A DNA stretch of 64,000 nt from an uncultured Verrucomicrobiae bacterium (GTDB lineage: Bacteria > Verrucomicrobiota > Verrucomicrobiia > Chthoniobacterales > UBA10450). Positions 1-10,187 of this stretch are shown here, in pieces; positions within the stretch are counted from its first letter, which is position 1; the number at the start of each line of letters is the position of its first letter. The DNA lies in assembly GCA_963735805.1 (NCBI GenBank), contig CAVTMK010000003.1, positions 384,001-448,000 on the forward strand. Reading direction: 5' to 3'. Under the pieces are notes generated by a model. It did no database searches. It saw only the letters and a program-made list of their open reading frames with translations, and had not been told where the DNA came from. The translations under genes and the position numbers were made by a program.

Positions 1-1245
1 TACGTGGAGCTCGAGCGTGCAGAATCTGGAGAAAAAACCGCGGCCAACGTCCAGGTGATTGACTACGAATCAAACCTGGCGCTGCTCGAGCCAGTTGACA
101 AAACATTCCTCGACGGAATCACCCCCCTGGAAATTACGCCCGACACGGTCGTCGGCGACAAGCTGGCCGCATGGCAATTGGAGCCCACCGGCGCGCTGGT
201 GGCGACTGAGGGCTTGGTAACGACAGTCCAAATGATGCCGTATCCGATCGATGTCGGGGAATTCCTCACGTACCGCGTTAGCATCCCGATGCAGTATCGG
301 GAAAATAGCTACACCGTGCCACTGGTAAAGAAGAATAAGCTTGCTGGATTGCTGTTGCGTTACGATTCGCGTTCACAACTCCTCGACGCCATACCCGCGC
401 CTGTCATCACACACTTTTTGAAGGACGCCGAAAGACAAAACTATCGCGGCTTCCCCTCCGCTGGCTTCTCATTTTTCCCGACACGTGATCCCGACCTTCG
501 CGAATTTGCTGGCGAAAAAAGAGAGGATGCTGGTGGGGTCTACGTGACGAACGTGGAGCCAGGTACGCCAGCGATGAAAGCGGGACTCCAAGTGGGCGAC
601 ATCGTGACTGCTGTTGCGAGCAATGAAATTGATCAAAACGGTAACTACGTGGACCCACTCTACGGAAAGATCGAATTTACAAATCTGCTTACGGCGCATG
701 CATATGCCGGCGATGTTGTTCCTTTTCGAATTCAGCGCAACGGCAAGCCAATGCAGTTAAATGTCACGCTCGAGCACCGCAACACGAAGGATTATGTGAG
801 CGCACCTTACGATTTCGATCAGCCGCCGCGATATTATGTCCTCGGTGGTCTGATTTTTCAGGAGCTTTCCCGGCAATATCTCAAAGAATGGGGACTAAAC
901 TGGCAAAGAGAAGCCCCCCAGCGTTTGGTCTATCTCGACCATTTCCAGTCCGAACTCTTTCCTGACAGAAATCGGCGGGTTGTGATTCTCAGCCAGGTTC
1001 TCCCGGCGAATAGCACAATTGGTTACGACGAGCTCGCCTATTTGACCGTAACAAAGGTGAACGGTAAAGAAATCAAATCGTTAGACGACCTTGCCGAAGC
1101 GGTGAAACACCCAATCGAGGGATTCATCAAAATCGAGACCGAAGAAGATCCAAAACAGATCGAACTCGACGCGGCACAAGTCGCCGCCGAGGCACAGGAT
1201 CTCCAGGACAACTACGGCATTTCATCATTGCAGAGATTACAGTGA
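1..1245 (+). CDS. Deg/HtrA-like trypsin-fold + PDZ protein, 5' truncated by window edge, probably catalytically degenerate
   Basis: PDZ segment (GVYVTNVEPGTPAMKAGLQVGDIV) and Deg2-like C-terminal PDZ (YYVLGGLIFQELS); protease motifs altered (ESNLALL, ENSYTVP). Confidence 0.75.
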   Translation, partial: YVELERAESGEKTAANVQVIDYESNLALLEPVDKTFLDGITPLEITPDTVVGDKLAAWQLEPTGALVATEGLVTTVQMMPYPIDVGEFLTYRVSIPMQYRENSYTVPLVKKNKLAGLLLRYDSRSQLLDAIPAPVITHFLKDAERQNYRGFPSAGFSFFPTRDPDLREFAGEKREDAGGVYVTNVEPGTPAMKAGLQVGDIVTAVASNEIDQNGNYVDPLYGKIEFTNLLTAHAYAGDVVPFRIQRNGKPMQLNVTLEHRNTKDYVSAPYDFDQPPRYYVLGGLIFQELSRQYLKEWGLNWQREAPQRLVYLDHFQSELFPDRNRRVVILSQVLPANSTIGYDELAYLTVTKVNGKEIKSLDDLAEAVKHPIEGFIKIETEEDPKQIELDAAQVAAEAQDLQDNYGISSLQRLQ

Positions 1246-1297
1246 GCCAGTTGCGATTGGTGTCTCCCGCTAAGAAGAACCGATTTGCACAGCGTTG

Positions 1298-1876
1298 ATG
1301 TCTGGCTATTCCTCGGCGCTCCGTTTCATTGCCGCTTGCTGGCTGGTGTTTGTTGGTGTTTGGCTGGTGGCTTCAGTATCGACAAAACGCACAGTCTATC
1401 GTGAAAGTGTCGGCGAACGCGCGCGGTACTGGCTACTGCTCGTTATCGCATATGTCTTGCTCACCCAGGGAAGAAGATTTCCCTATCCGTTAAGCTTGAT
1501 TCTTATCCCACAAACCGTCTCCAGCGGCTGGACTGGAGCGGTCCTCTGTAGCTGCGGCCTTGCGCTCGCGATCTGGGCGAGACTCATACTCGGGCGAAAC
1601 TGGAGCGGTGTAGTTACACTAAAGGAAGACCATGAACTGATTCAACGTGGCCCCTATCGTTTTGTACGACACCCGATCTACACCGGCCTACAATTCATGT
1701 TCCTCGGAACGGCGATCGCGCTCGGTCACCTGGCGGCCTTCATTGCCGTACCGTTGGTATTTGTAAGCTTCTGGATCAAGCTCAGCCAGGAAGAACTCCT
1801 AATGCTAAAACAATTCCCAAATGACTATCCGGATTACCAGCGGCGAGTGAAACGGATTATTCCGTTTTTGCTTTAG
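1298..1876 (+). CDS. Isoprenylcysteine carboxyl methyltransferase family membrane protein
   Basis: LGRNWS...HELIQRGPYRFVRHPIYTG...EE motif, several TM helices. Confidence 0.9.
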   Translation: MSGYSSALRFIAACWLVFVGVWLVASVSTKRTVYRESVGERARYWLLLVIAYVLLTQGRRFPYPLSLILIPQTVSSGWTGAVLCSCGLALAIWARLILGRNWSGVVTLKEDHELIQRGPYRFVRHPIYTGLQFMFLGTAIALGHLAAFIAVPLVFVSFWIKLSQEELLMLKQFPNDYPDYQRRVKRIIPFLL

Positions 1877-1883
1877 CCACCTC

Positions 1884-3320
1884 TTAACTATCAACGCCCT
1901 CGATTGCGACGTCTATTATTCGTGGCTTGGCTAAAAAACGTTCCACTTCTTCGCTGTAAGTCTGGAACGGATCACCCATGACGAGAAAATCGCGGTTATC
2001 GCATGCGATGGAATCCCAGTTGATAACATAAGGCGAATTGCAGTTCTGAAAATACGCCACCGCCCGGGCACGACCCAATGCGCGCGTGTTTGCTGGAGGG
2101 AGATGTGTTGCACTGGAACGCCGGACACTATTGTTCCATTCTGCGATTCGCTTGCCCGGCGTAACAGCAAAGAACAACCCGCGACGTGGATCGATGTTGT
2201 GATATTCGAGATCGATACTTTGCAGCCACGGGTCCTCCCAACTTAAACCCTCGGATTCGACAAACGCTTCCAGTAACCATCTCTTTGTGATCCAATCCAC
2301 CCCGCCTATGAGCGCCTGATGATTGTTTGGTATTGCTTCCAGGACGAACGCCCAGTTTTCCAGTAGCCAGTCAGTTTCGGCGCTGCTATTGCGGAGGTAC
2401 TTTTGTGCCAAACGATGAAATTCCCATTGCACGTCGAGTGCCCCGATGGTTTTGCCGTTCTCGAGATGAACAATCCATTGCTGAGTTGGATCCCGGGAAA
2501 TGTCTCGTGTGCTTTGCACGGCATCCGCCAAGACCAGATTTCGTGGTAAACGACCATCCTCGAGCAATGATAAAACACAGGCAGTTGTCCCAATTTTTAA
2601 CGCCGTGGCATAGGGACTCATGTTGGAGTCCCCGATCAGCAAGTGGAGCCGCCGATATTTTCGATAATCGGCCAGTGGCTCGTCGCGTGCGTTGATGATG
2701 GCGCGATTGAATTGCACCCATTGATAGATGTCGTTCACGATATGATCAGCACGCTGACTAAGCTGAAAATTGACCTGTGCCTCTGGTTGCGGCGGCTCGA
2801 AATCGAACGCGAGCGGATTGGACTGACCGACGCGGCCGGCGCCGGTAAAGATTTGCCGAGTCGCCAGAAAAGTAAGCAGCGTTCCAAGAATCGGAGGCGT
2901 GAATTGCGCCTCGCGCTTCATAAGATAATTCTCATGGCAACCAAACGTGGCGCCAGTATGGTGATCGACGTTGTTTTTGATAAATGAAACGCGATCCTGC
3001 GCGCCCAGGGCACTGAGTGATGATTGCAGCAAATCATCTCCGGCCAATTCATAAGCCACCAGATCGTGCAGATGTAGACATTCGGGCGATGCGTACTCGA
3101 TGTGTCCCATATCGAGATAGAGACGGCCACCGTTGAGAAGAAAGCCTCCGTTGCCCGGCGGCTCTTCGTAGTCGCGGTAATGCAGATCAATCGTACCGGC
3201 TTCGGCATTACGGAAAAGATAGTTTTTTACCTTTGCCGGCCACAGCTCGGAATTAACATGCGGCTCTTCTTCACCCAAAAGGCAACCGTATTCGGTTTCA
3301 ATTCCAACAACCCGGTCCAT
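1884..3320 (-). CDS. pafA: Pup/UBact-protein ligase (PafA/Dop family, PafA-like)
   Basis: GIETEYG, FLLNGGRLYLD, GCHENY, RDEPLAD..KYRRLHLLIGDSNMS, DLEYH motifs; start set at MDRVVG. Confidence 0.85.
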   Translation of the reverse strand: MDRVVGIETEYGCLLGEEEPHVNSELWPAKVKNYLFRNAEAGTIDLHYRDYEEPPGNGGFLLNGGRLYLDMGHIEYASPECLHLHDLVAYELAGDDLLQSSLSALGAQDRVSFIKNNVDHHTGATFGCHENYLMKREAQFTPPILGTLLTFLATRQIFTGAGRVGQSNPLAFDFEPPQPEAQVNFQLSQRADHIVNDIYQWVQFNRAIINARDEPLADYRKYRRLHLLIGDSNMSPYATALKIGTTACVLSLLEDGRLPRNLVLADAVQSTRDISRDPTQQWIVHLENGKTIGALDVQWEFHRLAQKYLRNSSAETDWLLENWAFVLEAIPNNHQALIGGVDWITKRWLLEAFVESEGLSWEDPWLQSIDLEYHNIDPRRGLFFAVTPGKRIAEWNNSVRRSSATHLPPANTRALGRARAVAYFQNCNSPYVINWDSIACDNRDFLVMGDPFQTYSEEVERFLAKPRIIDVAIEGVDS

Positions 3321-3453
3321 TGCAGCAATTAACGCATTGAATCGCAAAATGGCTAACTGAAAACGCAAGCCACTTCCCATCGCCCTCATCTCAAAGTAGT
3401 GAGGAAGTGTTTTCGTGCACTTGAACCATTTGTAAAAAAGTCCAAACTTTTTT

Positions 3454-3882
3454 ATGGCAATGGTCAGTCTTCGCGGGCCGTCCGAAAAAGTAGGAGGTCT
3501 TTTTTATTTCGGTCGGATGCTGGACAAAATCCGCCTGCATTCCGAAGAGCAATTACCTCCGGACTACCACGCGAATCTTGGCAGAGGATTCGACGAAAAA
3601 TGTACGAACTTTCTGCGAGTTGATTACGATCAATTGGTCCAGCGCGTGAATCGCGGCGGCACGGATGAGGAAATTCTGCAATGGTGTTTTGACAACGGAC
3701 AGCGACCCGGTGAAGACGATCTTTACGTCTGGAACGAGTTTATGCGAAAGCGCGGCTGGAACGATGAAGTTTCCGAAATATTAGAACGCCGCAAAAAGGA
3801 AGCCGGGATGACACACAGATCGGACATTCAGACGGCGTTTCAATTTATTGATGCCGACGAAGGGCGCTTGCCAAAAGGCTAG
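3454..3882 (+). CDS. DUF5069-like protein
   Basis: LRGPSEKVGGLFYFGRMLDKIRL...D..EGR pattern typical of this family. Confidence 0.75.
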   Translation: MAMVSLRGPSEKVGGLFYFGRMLDKIRLHSEEQLPPDYHANLGRGFDEKCTNFLRVDYDQLVQRVNRGGTDEEILQWCFDNGQRPGEDDLYVWNEFMRKRGWNDEVSEILERRKKEAGMTHRSDIQTAFQFIDADEGRLPKG

Positions 3883-3909
3883 GCTCGCGCTGGCGCGCCG
3901 ACCCAATTA

Positions 3910-4194
3910 TTATTCGGCCAGGGTATCGATTCTTTCGGCGAGACCAAAATCAAGCTCGGTCAATCCACCTTTGCTGTGGGTAGAGAGAACCAGACGAACT
4001 TTGTTGTAACGAATGTCGATGTCAGGATGGTGTTCCTCTTCGTCGGCCACTTCGGCCACCGCGTTCACGAAGTCAATCGCATCGGCAAAATCATCGTACT
4101 CAAACGTTCGTTCGATGTGCTTCTTTTCCAATTCCCATTCCGGGATTTTTTTCATTCGCTCCTTGAGCTCGCCTTGTTTGATGAGGTCTGCCAT
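3910..4194 (-). CDS. Pterin-4-alpha-carbinolamine dehydratase
   Basis: EEHHPDI and THSKGGLTELD motifs; start at MADLIK. Confidence 0.9.
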   Translation of the reverse strand: MADLIKQGELKERMKKIPEWELEKKHIERTFEYDDFADAIDFVNAVAEVADEEEHHPDIDIRYNKVRLVLSTHSKGGLTELDFGLAERIDTLAE

Positions 4195-4301
4195 AACGGG
4201 ACAACGAGTAACACCCGAAAATCGTTTTGCAACGGCAAAACGAGCGGCATCTTTTTGAGGTGCAGCCGGCTTTTGGGCGCTCGGCCTGCCGACCAAAATT
4301 C

Positions 4302-5444
4302 TTAAAGATCGAGGATCCTACGAAGGTTTTTTGCAGAATCGAAAACCTCGATGGCGCACGCCCGCGCCTGTTTCGATAGCCGCGGCCAATCGCGCAACAC
4401 TTCGTTGATCGCTGCTTCCGCCTCATCGCTGTTCCGAATGAAACGAAATCCGCTGTCGCGTGGAAGATACCTTGTGGCGCCCGTATCTTCCGTGATCACC
4501 GGTCGCCCGAGTGCAAGAAACGCCGCAGCCCGATCGCTTAACCAGCCGGTTTGCCAGGCTACATCCACACCTTTGATGGCCGTAAACTCCGCAAGCGCGC
4601 TCGACATGTATCGGCGATAGACCCTCGGAGTGCGTGCGACCCGGTGAGGATTGACAACGCTCCAGCCCAACTGCTGCAAACGCAACCGTTCCGGGTCGTC
4701 CTCGCTGATATTCATTGCTAGTTCGAACCGCGCTTCGGGGACACGCGTTGGTAAGCCGAGATAAGGTTCAAACATGACTCTCTTCGATAAGTCGGGGAAC
4801 TCTCCTTCCACTTCTACTGCCCCGCTCCAGTACCACTGTCCAATAGTGGTGAATTTTGCAATCTTCGGATGTACCTGGCGTTGGAGAAGTCGTGTGTCAG
4901 CAAGTGGATAAAATGTTTTCCAGTGCAGAGATGATTTCGGCAGCCGGCAATGCTTTCGGTGAACGTTGAGCCCAATTGTCCAGAATTCGTCATGATACGA
5001 CTGGCCCAGCTCCATTCTGGTCATCCAATAAAAGATTTCGCTCGGATCCAAGTCGCAAAAGATCCGTCTCTCAAATTGCAATAGAAATGGCGGGTGAAGT
5101 GAGTAACTGAGATTCAACAGGATGTTTGGGCCCGCCAACCGATCGATCAACACCCGCTTCGACATTCCAATGCAACACAGCTCGGTGAGATCATGCGTAT
5201 CCGATGCGGATTTCTGATACAGTAAGCAATACCGGCCGCCCAAACCGGCTTCGCGCAATCGTCGTTGGAAATTCGCGATTCTGGCACGATCAGCGTGCGG
5301 GTCATCTGTCGCCGGTAAGAGTTCCAGCCAGACAGCGTCGAGTTTTAATCGACGCAGGCCGAGCATCCATTGTAGCGGAACTGAAAAATTTCCACCACCT
5401 TCGAGATATTTTGCGGCAAAACCGCATCCCACAAAAATGGTCAC
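4302..5444 (-). CDS. Putative glycosyltransferase (GT-B-like) / hypothetical
   Basis: C-terminal GWLSDRAAAFLALGRPVITEDTG GT-B-like motif. Confidence 0.6.
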   Translation of the reverse strand: MTIFVGCGFAAKYLEGGGNFSVPLQWMLGLRRLKLDAVWLELLPATDDPHADRARIANFQRRLREAGLGGRYCLLYQKSASDTHDLTELCCIGMSKRVLIDRLAGPNILLNLSYSLHPPFLLQFERRIFCDLDPSEIFYWMTRMELGQSYHDEFWTIGLNVHRKHCRLPKSSLHWKTFYPLADTRLLQRQVHPKIAKFTTIGQWYWSGAVEVEGEFPDLSKRVMFEPYLGLPTRVPEARFELAMNISEDDPERLRLQQLGWSVVNPHRVARTPRVYRRYMSSALAEFTAIKGVDVAWQTGWLSDRAAAFLALGRPVITEDTGATRYLPRDSGFRFIRNSDEAEAAINEVLRDWPRLSKQARACAIEVFDSAKNLRRILDL

Positions 5445-5496
5445 GCGAGCAGAATCCTCAATCTGCTCGCGTGCTCAAGCATGAAGGCTGATGATC

Positions 5497-7191
5497 TTAG
5501 AAGATCCGTCCGTGCCGGACGTGCGCCCTCGGAGTGAACACCTGGGGTTGCCTGGGCTGACCGTTGCAAAGGTCCGCATTTGGTATCGGGATCACAGAGC
5601 CCAGGAATTGCGGTTGTCTTCGCACGTTCAGTTCCTGCTCCAAATCATAACCAAAACCAATCAATTGTGGTTCATGCAGGAACGTGCTGTACATCAGCAT
5701 ACCAGCCGGCCGACCGCTATCGCGAATGCCCACGGGAAGCGACAGGTTCGGATAACCCGACACGGCGGGCCCGGTTGAGTTAGTTAGGTGTGGCGCGACG
5801 ATTGCATCGAGATTATTGGCAGCGAGCGCATCGTCAATTCCCGAGCGCGCGGTATTTCGAGCATGCGTTCGCGCCGCTATATAATTCGGATCGTTGGGGT
5901 AACCTGGGAACTGTTCCGATTGTTCGAAGACCTCCTGACCGTAATAAACCAATTCCTGTTCGCAGTGCGCATTGTTGAAAGCAATCAGGTCAGCCAGGGT
6001 TCGCATGTTTGTGTGCGTGAGCGTTGCGAGATAATCCGCAATTTGGGCCCTGAATTCATACAGCAACGCGGTAAACTCGTCATCGGTGTAAGCGAACACA
6101 TCACCAGTATCGGTATCCACAATAGTGGCACCAAGGCTTTCCATCACAGCCAACGCGTTCTCCGCAAACGCAACCGTCTCTTCGTCCCCTGGGATCCCGC
6201 TGCCGTAATAGCTGTAATCGAAAAAGCGAATATCGCGTCCGATCCGAGCGCCCTGGAGCGAGCCCCGCTGTAGAAACTGTGTGTAATCGTTTGGCAGCTG
6301 ATGCCCAATGACTTCGCCAAAGGGCGACTGCAACGCGCCGAGTAGTATCGCAATGTCAGTAACGCTGCGGCCCATCGGGCCCGCTGTGTCCTGCTCATGG
6401 GCAATTGGAATAATCCCGTCTTGTGAGACGAGCCCAAGGGTCGGTTTCAAACCAACGATATTCTCAACCGCAGACGGCCCGGTGATTGATCCGTCTGTCT
6501 CGGTACCGACCGCCACAGAGCACAAGTTTCCTGCTGCACCGTTGGCCGAACCAGCGCTTGATCCCCACGATGTGTAACTCAGATCATACGCGTTATTCGT
6601 GCTTCCGCCCCGGGCGCTCCAGCCAACCGCGAGAGGATACACGTTGTCATTACCGCGGAAGTTTGCCCATTCACCCAGATTCGCTTTGCCGAGGATTACG
6701 GCGCCAGCTTCACGGAGTTGTTGAATAATTACCGCATCCGCCGGCACATGACTACGAAGTAGAGCAAACGATCCCGCCGTCGTATCCATATTATCGTCAG
6801 TCGCAATGTTGTCCTTGACCAAGACTGGAATCCCATGAAGCGGCCCGCGAACGTGTCCCCTGCGACGCTCATTGTCGAGATGTTGCGCGATGGATATGGC
6901 ATTCGGGTTTGTCTCGATGACTGAATTAAGCAGCGGGTTCAGCGACCCGATACGCCTGAGATAACCCTTTACGAGATCCTTGCTTGTCAGCTGTCCAGAA
7001 GCCATCAAAGCCTGCAGCTCAGGAATCGTGGCTTCAATGAACGGCTCGTCTGCCAGCGCGGAAGACGGCCGTAAAAGCGAGGTGATTCCGCCAGTCAGCA
7101 GCGCTGCGCTGCCTATGGCAGTCGTGCCGAGAAATTTTCGGCGGGTGACAGTGTGATCGAGGTCAAGGCGATTCGGGTTTTGCTTATTCAT
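5497..7191 (-). CDS. Amidase signature family enzyme with Tat signal peptide
   Basis: TRRKFLG Tat motif; GPLHGIPVLVKDN, GSSAGS, GTETDGSI. Confidence 0.9.
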   Translation of the reverse strand: MNKQNPNRLDLDHTVTRRKFLGTTAIGSAALLTGGITSLLRPSSALADEPFIEATIPELQALMASGQLTSKDLVKGYLRRIGSLNPLLNSVIETNPNAISIAQHLDNERRRGHVRGPLHGIPVLVKDNIATDDNMDTTAGSFALLRSHVPADAVIIQQLREAGAVILGKANLGEWANFRGNDNVYPLAVGWSARGGSTNNAYDLSYTSWGSSAGSANGAAGNLCSVAVGTETDGSITGPSAVENIVGLKPTLGLVSQDGIIPIAHEQDTAGPMGRSVTDIAILLGALQSPFGEVIGHQLPNDYTQFLQRGSLQGARIGRDIRFFDYSYYGSGIPGDEETVAFAENALAVMESLGATIVDTDTGDVFAYTDDEFTALLYEFRAQIADYLATLTHTNMRTLADLIAFNNAHCEQELVYYGQEVFEQSEQFPGYPNDPNYIAARTHARNTARSGIDDALAANNLDAIVAPHLTNSTGPAVSGYPNLSLPVGIRDSGRPAGMLMYSTFLHEPQLIGFGYDLEQELNVRRQPQFLGSVIPIPNADLCNGQPRQPQVFTPRAHVRHGRIF

Positions 7192-7435
7192 AATTACTCT
7201 CCGGGTGCGCTGTTTCGCGCGTGAAACAGACGTGAGGTTTTTGTTTGCCGACGTATAAACGGAGGATTCCGCTTTCGTCGGTGCGGATCGTAGGGTGGAT
7301 GATTTCGCGCGATCGACTCCATAACCCTGCGACAGCAATTCGTTTCTAACCGCGAAAGTGGCCGGAAATTTTTAATTTTCTGTTGCCTTATTTGACCGCT
7401 ATGCGCTTCCCTCGCAAATTAGCGGTTCTTCTCGG

Positions 7436-7509
7436 GCGCCCGTAGCTCAACTGGATAGAGCATCTGACTACGGATCAGAAGGTTAGTGGTTCGAATCCTC
7501 TCGGGCGCG
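7436..7509 (+). tRNA. tRNA-Arg(ACG)
   Basis: GCGCCCG/CGGGCGC acceptor stem, TCTGA-CTACGGA-TCAGA anticodon arm, TTCGAAT T-loop; CCA not encoded. Confidence 0.95.
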
Positions 7510-7550
7510 TTTCTTTTTGTTCCACAGTTTGTGCTCGTGACCCAAATCGA

Positions 7551-8540
7551 TCACTGAAAATACGGTCGGACCTTGGCGTATTTCTTATCGCCGATTCCGT
7601 TTACCATTTTCAAATCATCGGCGCTGCGGAACGGTCGTGCGGCAATAATTCGACCTGCGATGACCGCTCCGATACCAGGAATCATTTTCAATTCTTTCTC
7701 AGTCGCCTTGTTGATGTCGATCTGGCCTGCCTCGATTTTTTCCTTTGTATGCGACTGCTTTGGTTCAGTTGCGCCGTCAGAGGCGGCCGAAGAGCTCGAT
7801 GACGGTGTTGCTGAAACTTGCGAAAAGATACTCGCCGGAGCCAGCGGCCGGGCTCGAGCGTTCTTTTCGGTTACGAACATACTAAAAGCCGCCGGCCTTT
7901 GAGCATGCGCATTTAGTCGATCGGCATTAACTCCCCATCCTCCGATTTTCTCCTTTTTTGCCTCTTCCTCGAATTGTTGAAGTTTTTCTACTTCTGGTCG
8001 CGAATTTCTTGATCCTGGCGGTGCGGCTTTAAAGCCATAGTTCCGCGCAAGCCCGTTGCGAACCAGTTGTTCGCCCAGATCCCCATCTTTAGTTTGAACA
8101 AACCCGTAAAACCGCTCAAGCTTGCTGCGGCCCATCGCGTCTGACATGTGCGTAAACACCCTAAATGGGCCAAATAGCTTCTTTTGCGTGAACTCTTTGG
8201 CCGTGCGTCCCACTTCGATGGCCTGTGGCACGGTGATCCCAAAATATTGTGCCTGTTCGATTAAACGTCGCGGCGTCATTTCGTCTGTTTCAGGCGCATC
8301 GACCAGATAGAGACGGAAGATGTATTCATGATTGCCAGCACTGACATGAAAACTATCTCCATCGTTCGCCGGATTGATGATCAAGTGGCAATCCTCAAGA
8401 ACAATCCAATCTCTAGAAACGTCCCGGCCTCCAACTTTGACAGTCGCCGTCAACAGAATAGCCACAGCAACAAGCGCGATTCTGCAGGGCCAGCCTGAAA
8501 AACCCGCGGTCGAGAACGCGTACATGAAAAACTTGCGCAT
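7551..8540 (-). CDS. Thermonuclease (SNase-like) domain fused to ComEA-type helix-hairpin-helix DNA-binding domain
   Basis: Hydrophobic N-terminus; DGDSF and RLYLVDAPET nuclease motifs; C-terminal IDINKAT..EL..IPGIG...VNGIGDK. Confidence 0.85.
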   Translation of the reverse strand: MRKFFMYAFSTAGFSGWPCRIALVAVAILLTATVKVGGRDVSRDWIVLEDCHLIINPANDGDSFHVSAGNHEYIFRLYLVDAPETDEMTPRRLIEQAQYFGITVPQAIEVGRTAKEFTQKKLFGPFRVFTHMSDAMGRSKLERFYGFVQTKDGDLGEQLVRNGLARNYGFKAAPPGSRNSRPEVEKLQQFEEEAKKEKIGGWGVNADRLNAHAQRPAAFSMFVTEKNARARPLAPASIFSQVSATPSSSSSAASDGATEPKQSHTKEKIEAGQIDINKATEKELKMIPGIGAVIAGRIIAARPFRSADDLKMVNGIGDKKYAKVRPYFQ

Positions 8541-8548
8541 GATGAGAA

Positions 8549-9208
8549 TCACGGTGTTTGCAGCCGTGCCAAATGCCCTGCGTACACGGCAACGAGGCCG
8601 CCTAGAACGCCGCCGGCAATAACATCGCTGACAAAATGATAATTCATCGCTACGAGGCTCACGAGCATTGGCACGCAGAGAACGATGACGACGACTTGTA
8701 CGGCTCGACTGCCCGGCATGCCAATTATCCACACCGCAGCGAACGCCAGGATTCTGCAAGCGTGACCTGAGGGAAAACTGCCGATGTCGTCACCACGTTG
8801 AAAAGGATGAAAACCGTAGGTACCAGTGCCAATGAGCGATGGATTGTCATGGGTCCAAGTCTCGGGCCAATAGCGACCGAAAACGTCTCCTAACGACACT
8901 CGGAAATCATCAGCAACGATCAAGCTAAGACAGGCGACGAGCAGCACTTTCTGCCACCGTAGAAATGGTCCCCAAGCCCGGCGCATCACTAAGATTGTCA
9001 AAACCAGAGCCGACCAATTCTGGACTTCCGGCGGCGGATAAGTGAGCCATCGAAAAACTTGAACCGTATTGATGCGGTGGCGGTAGACAAAGAACGCCAC
9101 GGATCGATCAATCCAGAAGTAACAGACCAAAACCGCGGCACTGCATAGAGCCACAGTGATCAATGCGCGGCGGAGCAATCTGCGATACTCCGGTTCGGGA
9201 ACCGTCAT
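8549..9208 (-). CDS. PAP2 family phosphatase
   Basis: FGRYWP, SFPSGH, HFVSDV motifs; TM helices. Confidence 0.9.
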   Translation of the reverse strand: MTVPEPEYRRLLRRALITVALCSAAVLVCYFWIDRSVAFFVYRHRINTVQVFRWLTYPPPEVQNWSALVLTILVMRRAWGPFLRWQKVLLVACLSLIVADDFRVSLGDVFGRYWPETWTHDNPSLIGTGTYGFHPFQRGDDIGSFPSGHACRILAFAAVWIIGMPGSRAVQVVVIVLCVPMLVSLVAMNYHFVSDVIAGGVLGGLVAVYAGHLARLQTP

Positions 9209-10125
9209 GCCGCCGGCACCTCAAACTGGCTCATCAGTTTGAACATCTCGTAGCGCTTTGCAATCTCTTCCATCGAAAGGGTGCGCAAGCGCTCCAGACT
9301 GAACGCTTCCACGCAAAAACTGGCCAGTACGCTGCCATAAATCATCGCCCTCCGTAAATCATTGAAGTGCACTTTTTTCACGGTGCCCGCAAGGTAACCG
9401 GCCATACCGCCGGCGAATGTGTCACCTGCCCCGGTCGGATCGTGAATGTCGTCGAGTGGATATGCGCCACAGCTGAAAAATTGATCTCCCTCGCCAAAGA
9501 GCAGCGCGCCATGCTCCCCTTTCTTTATGGCAACATACCGCGGCCCCATTTTTCGAATCCTGCGCCCCGCCTTGATGAGACTCGTCTCATTCGTGATCTC
9601 GCGTGCCTCGCTGTCGTTCAAGATAAGGAGGTTCACACGCTGAAGCAGTGCGTCGAGGTCCCGTCGCGCTGTCTCGATCCAGAGATCCATGGTGTCAGCG
9701 ACCACGAACCTGGGGCGTTTCATCTGATCGAGCACATGGGCTTGCAACGACGGCGCGATGTTAGCCAGTAAAACGAAATCGGTTTCGCGATACGAATCCG
9801 GCAATGCAGGCTTAAAATCCTGGAAGACATTCAGCGCGATAGAGCGCGTCTCGCGGGTATTCAGGTCCCAGGAGTATTCGCCGGACCAGCGAAAAGTCTT
9901 TCCGTTCGCGCGCTGCACGCCTTGACTGTCGATCTTGCGGGATTTCCAAAACTGAAATTCAGATTCGGGAAAATCGTTGCCTACGATTCCAACTAATCGA
10001 ACCGGTGAAAAGAAACTTGCACCCAGTGCGGCGTAGGAAGCCGATCCGCCTAACAAATCACAATGTTCCTCTACCGGCGTTTTAACTGTGTCGATTGCAA
10101 TCGAGCCAACAACGAGAACAGACAT
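9205..10125 (-). CDS. PfkB family carbohydrate kinase
   Basis: GGSASY, DPTGAGDTFAGG. Confidence 0.92.
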   Translation of the reverse strand: MSVLVVGSIAIDTVKTPVEEHCDLLGGSASYAALGASFFSPVRLVGIVGNDFPESEFQFWKSRKIDSQGVQRANGKTFRWSGEYSWDLNTRETRSIALNVFQDFKPALPDSYRETDFVLLANIAPSLQAHVLDQMKRPRFVVADTMDLWIETARRDLDALLQRVNLLILNDSEAREITNETSLIKAGRRIRKMGPRYVAIKKGEHGALLFGEGDQFFSCGAYPLDDIHDPTGAGDTFAGGMAGYLAGTVKKVHFNDLRRAMIYGSVLASFCVEAFSLERLRTLSMEEIAKRYEMFKLMSQFEVPAA

Positions 10126-10187
10126 TAGAGTTTAAGTTGTTAAATGGGTTACAAAAGTTGAAAGGCAGTCAGTGATTAATGGTTTTG

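Noticed and set aside
7436..7509. T-stem T-T mismatch and missing CCA in tRNA-Arg suggesting a pseudo-tRNA
   Set aside because: Single mismatches and non-encoded CCA are common; all other elements are intact
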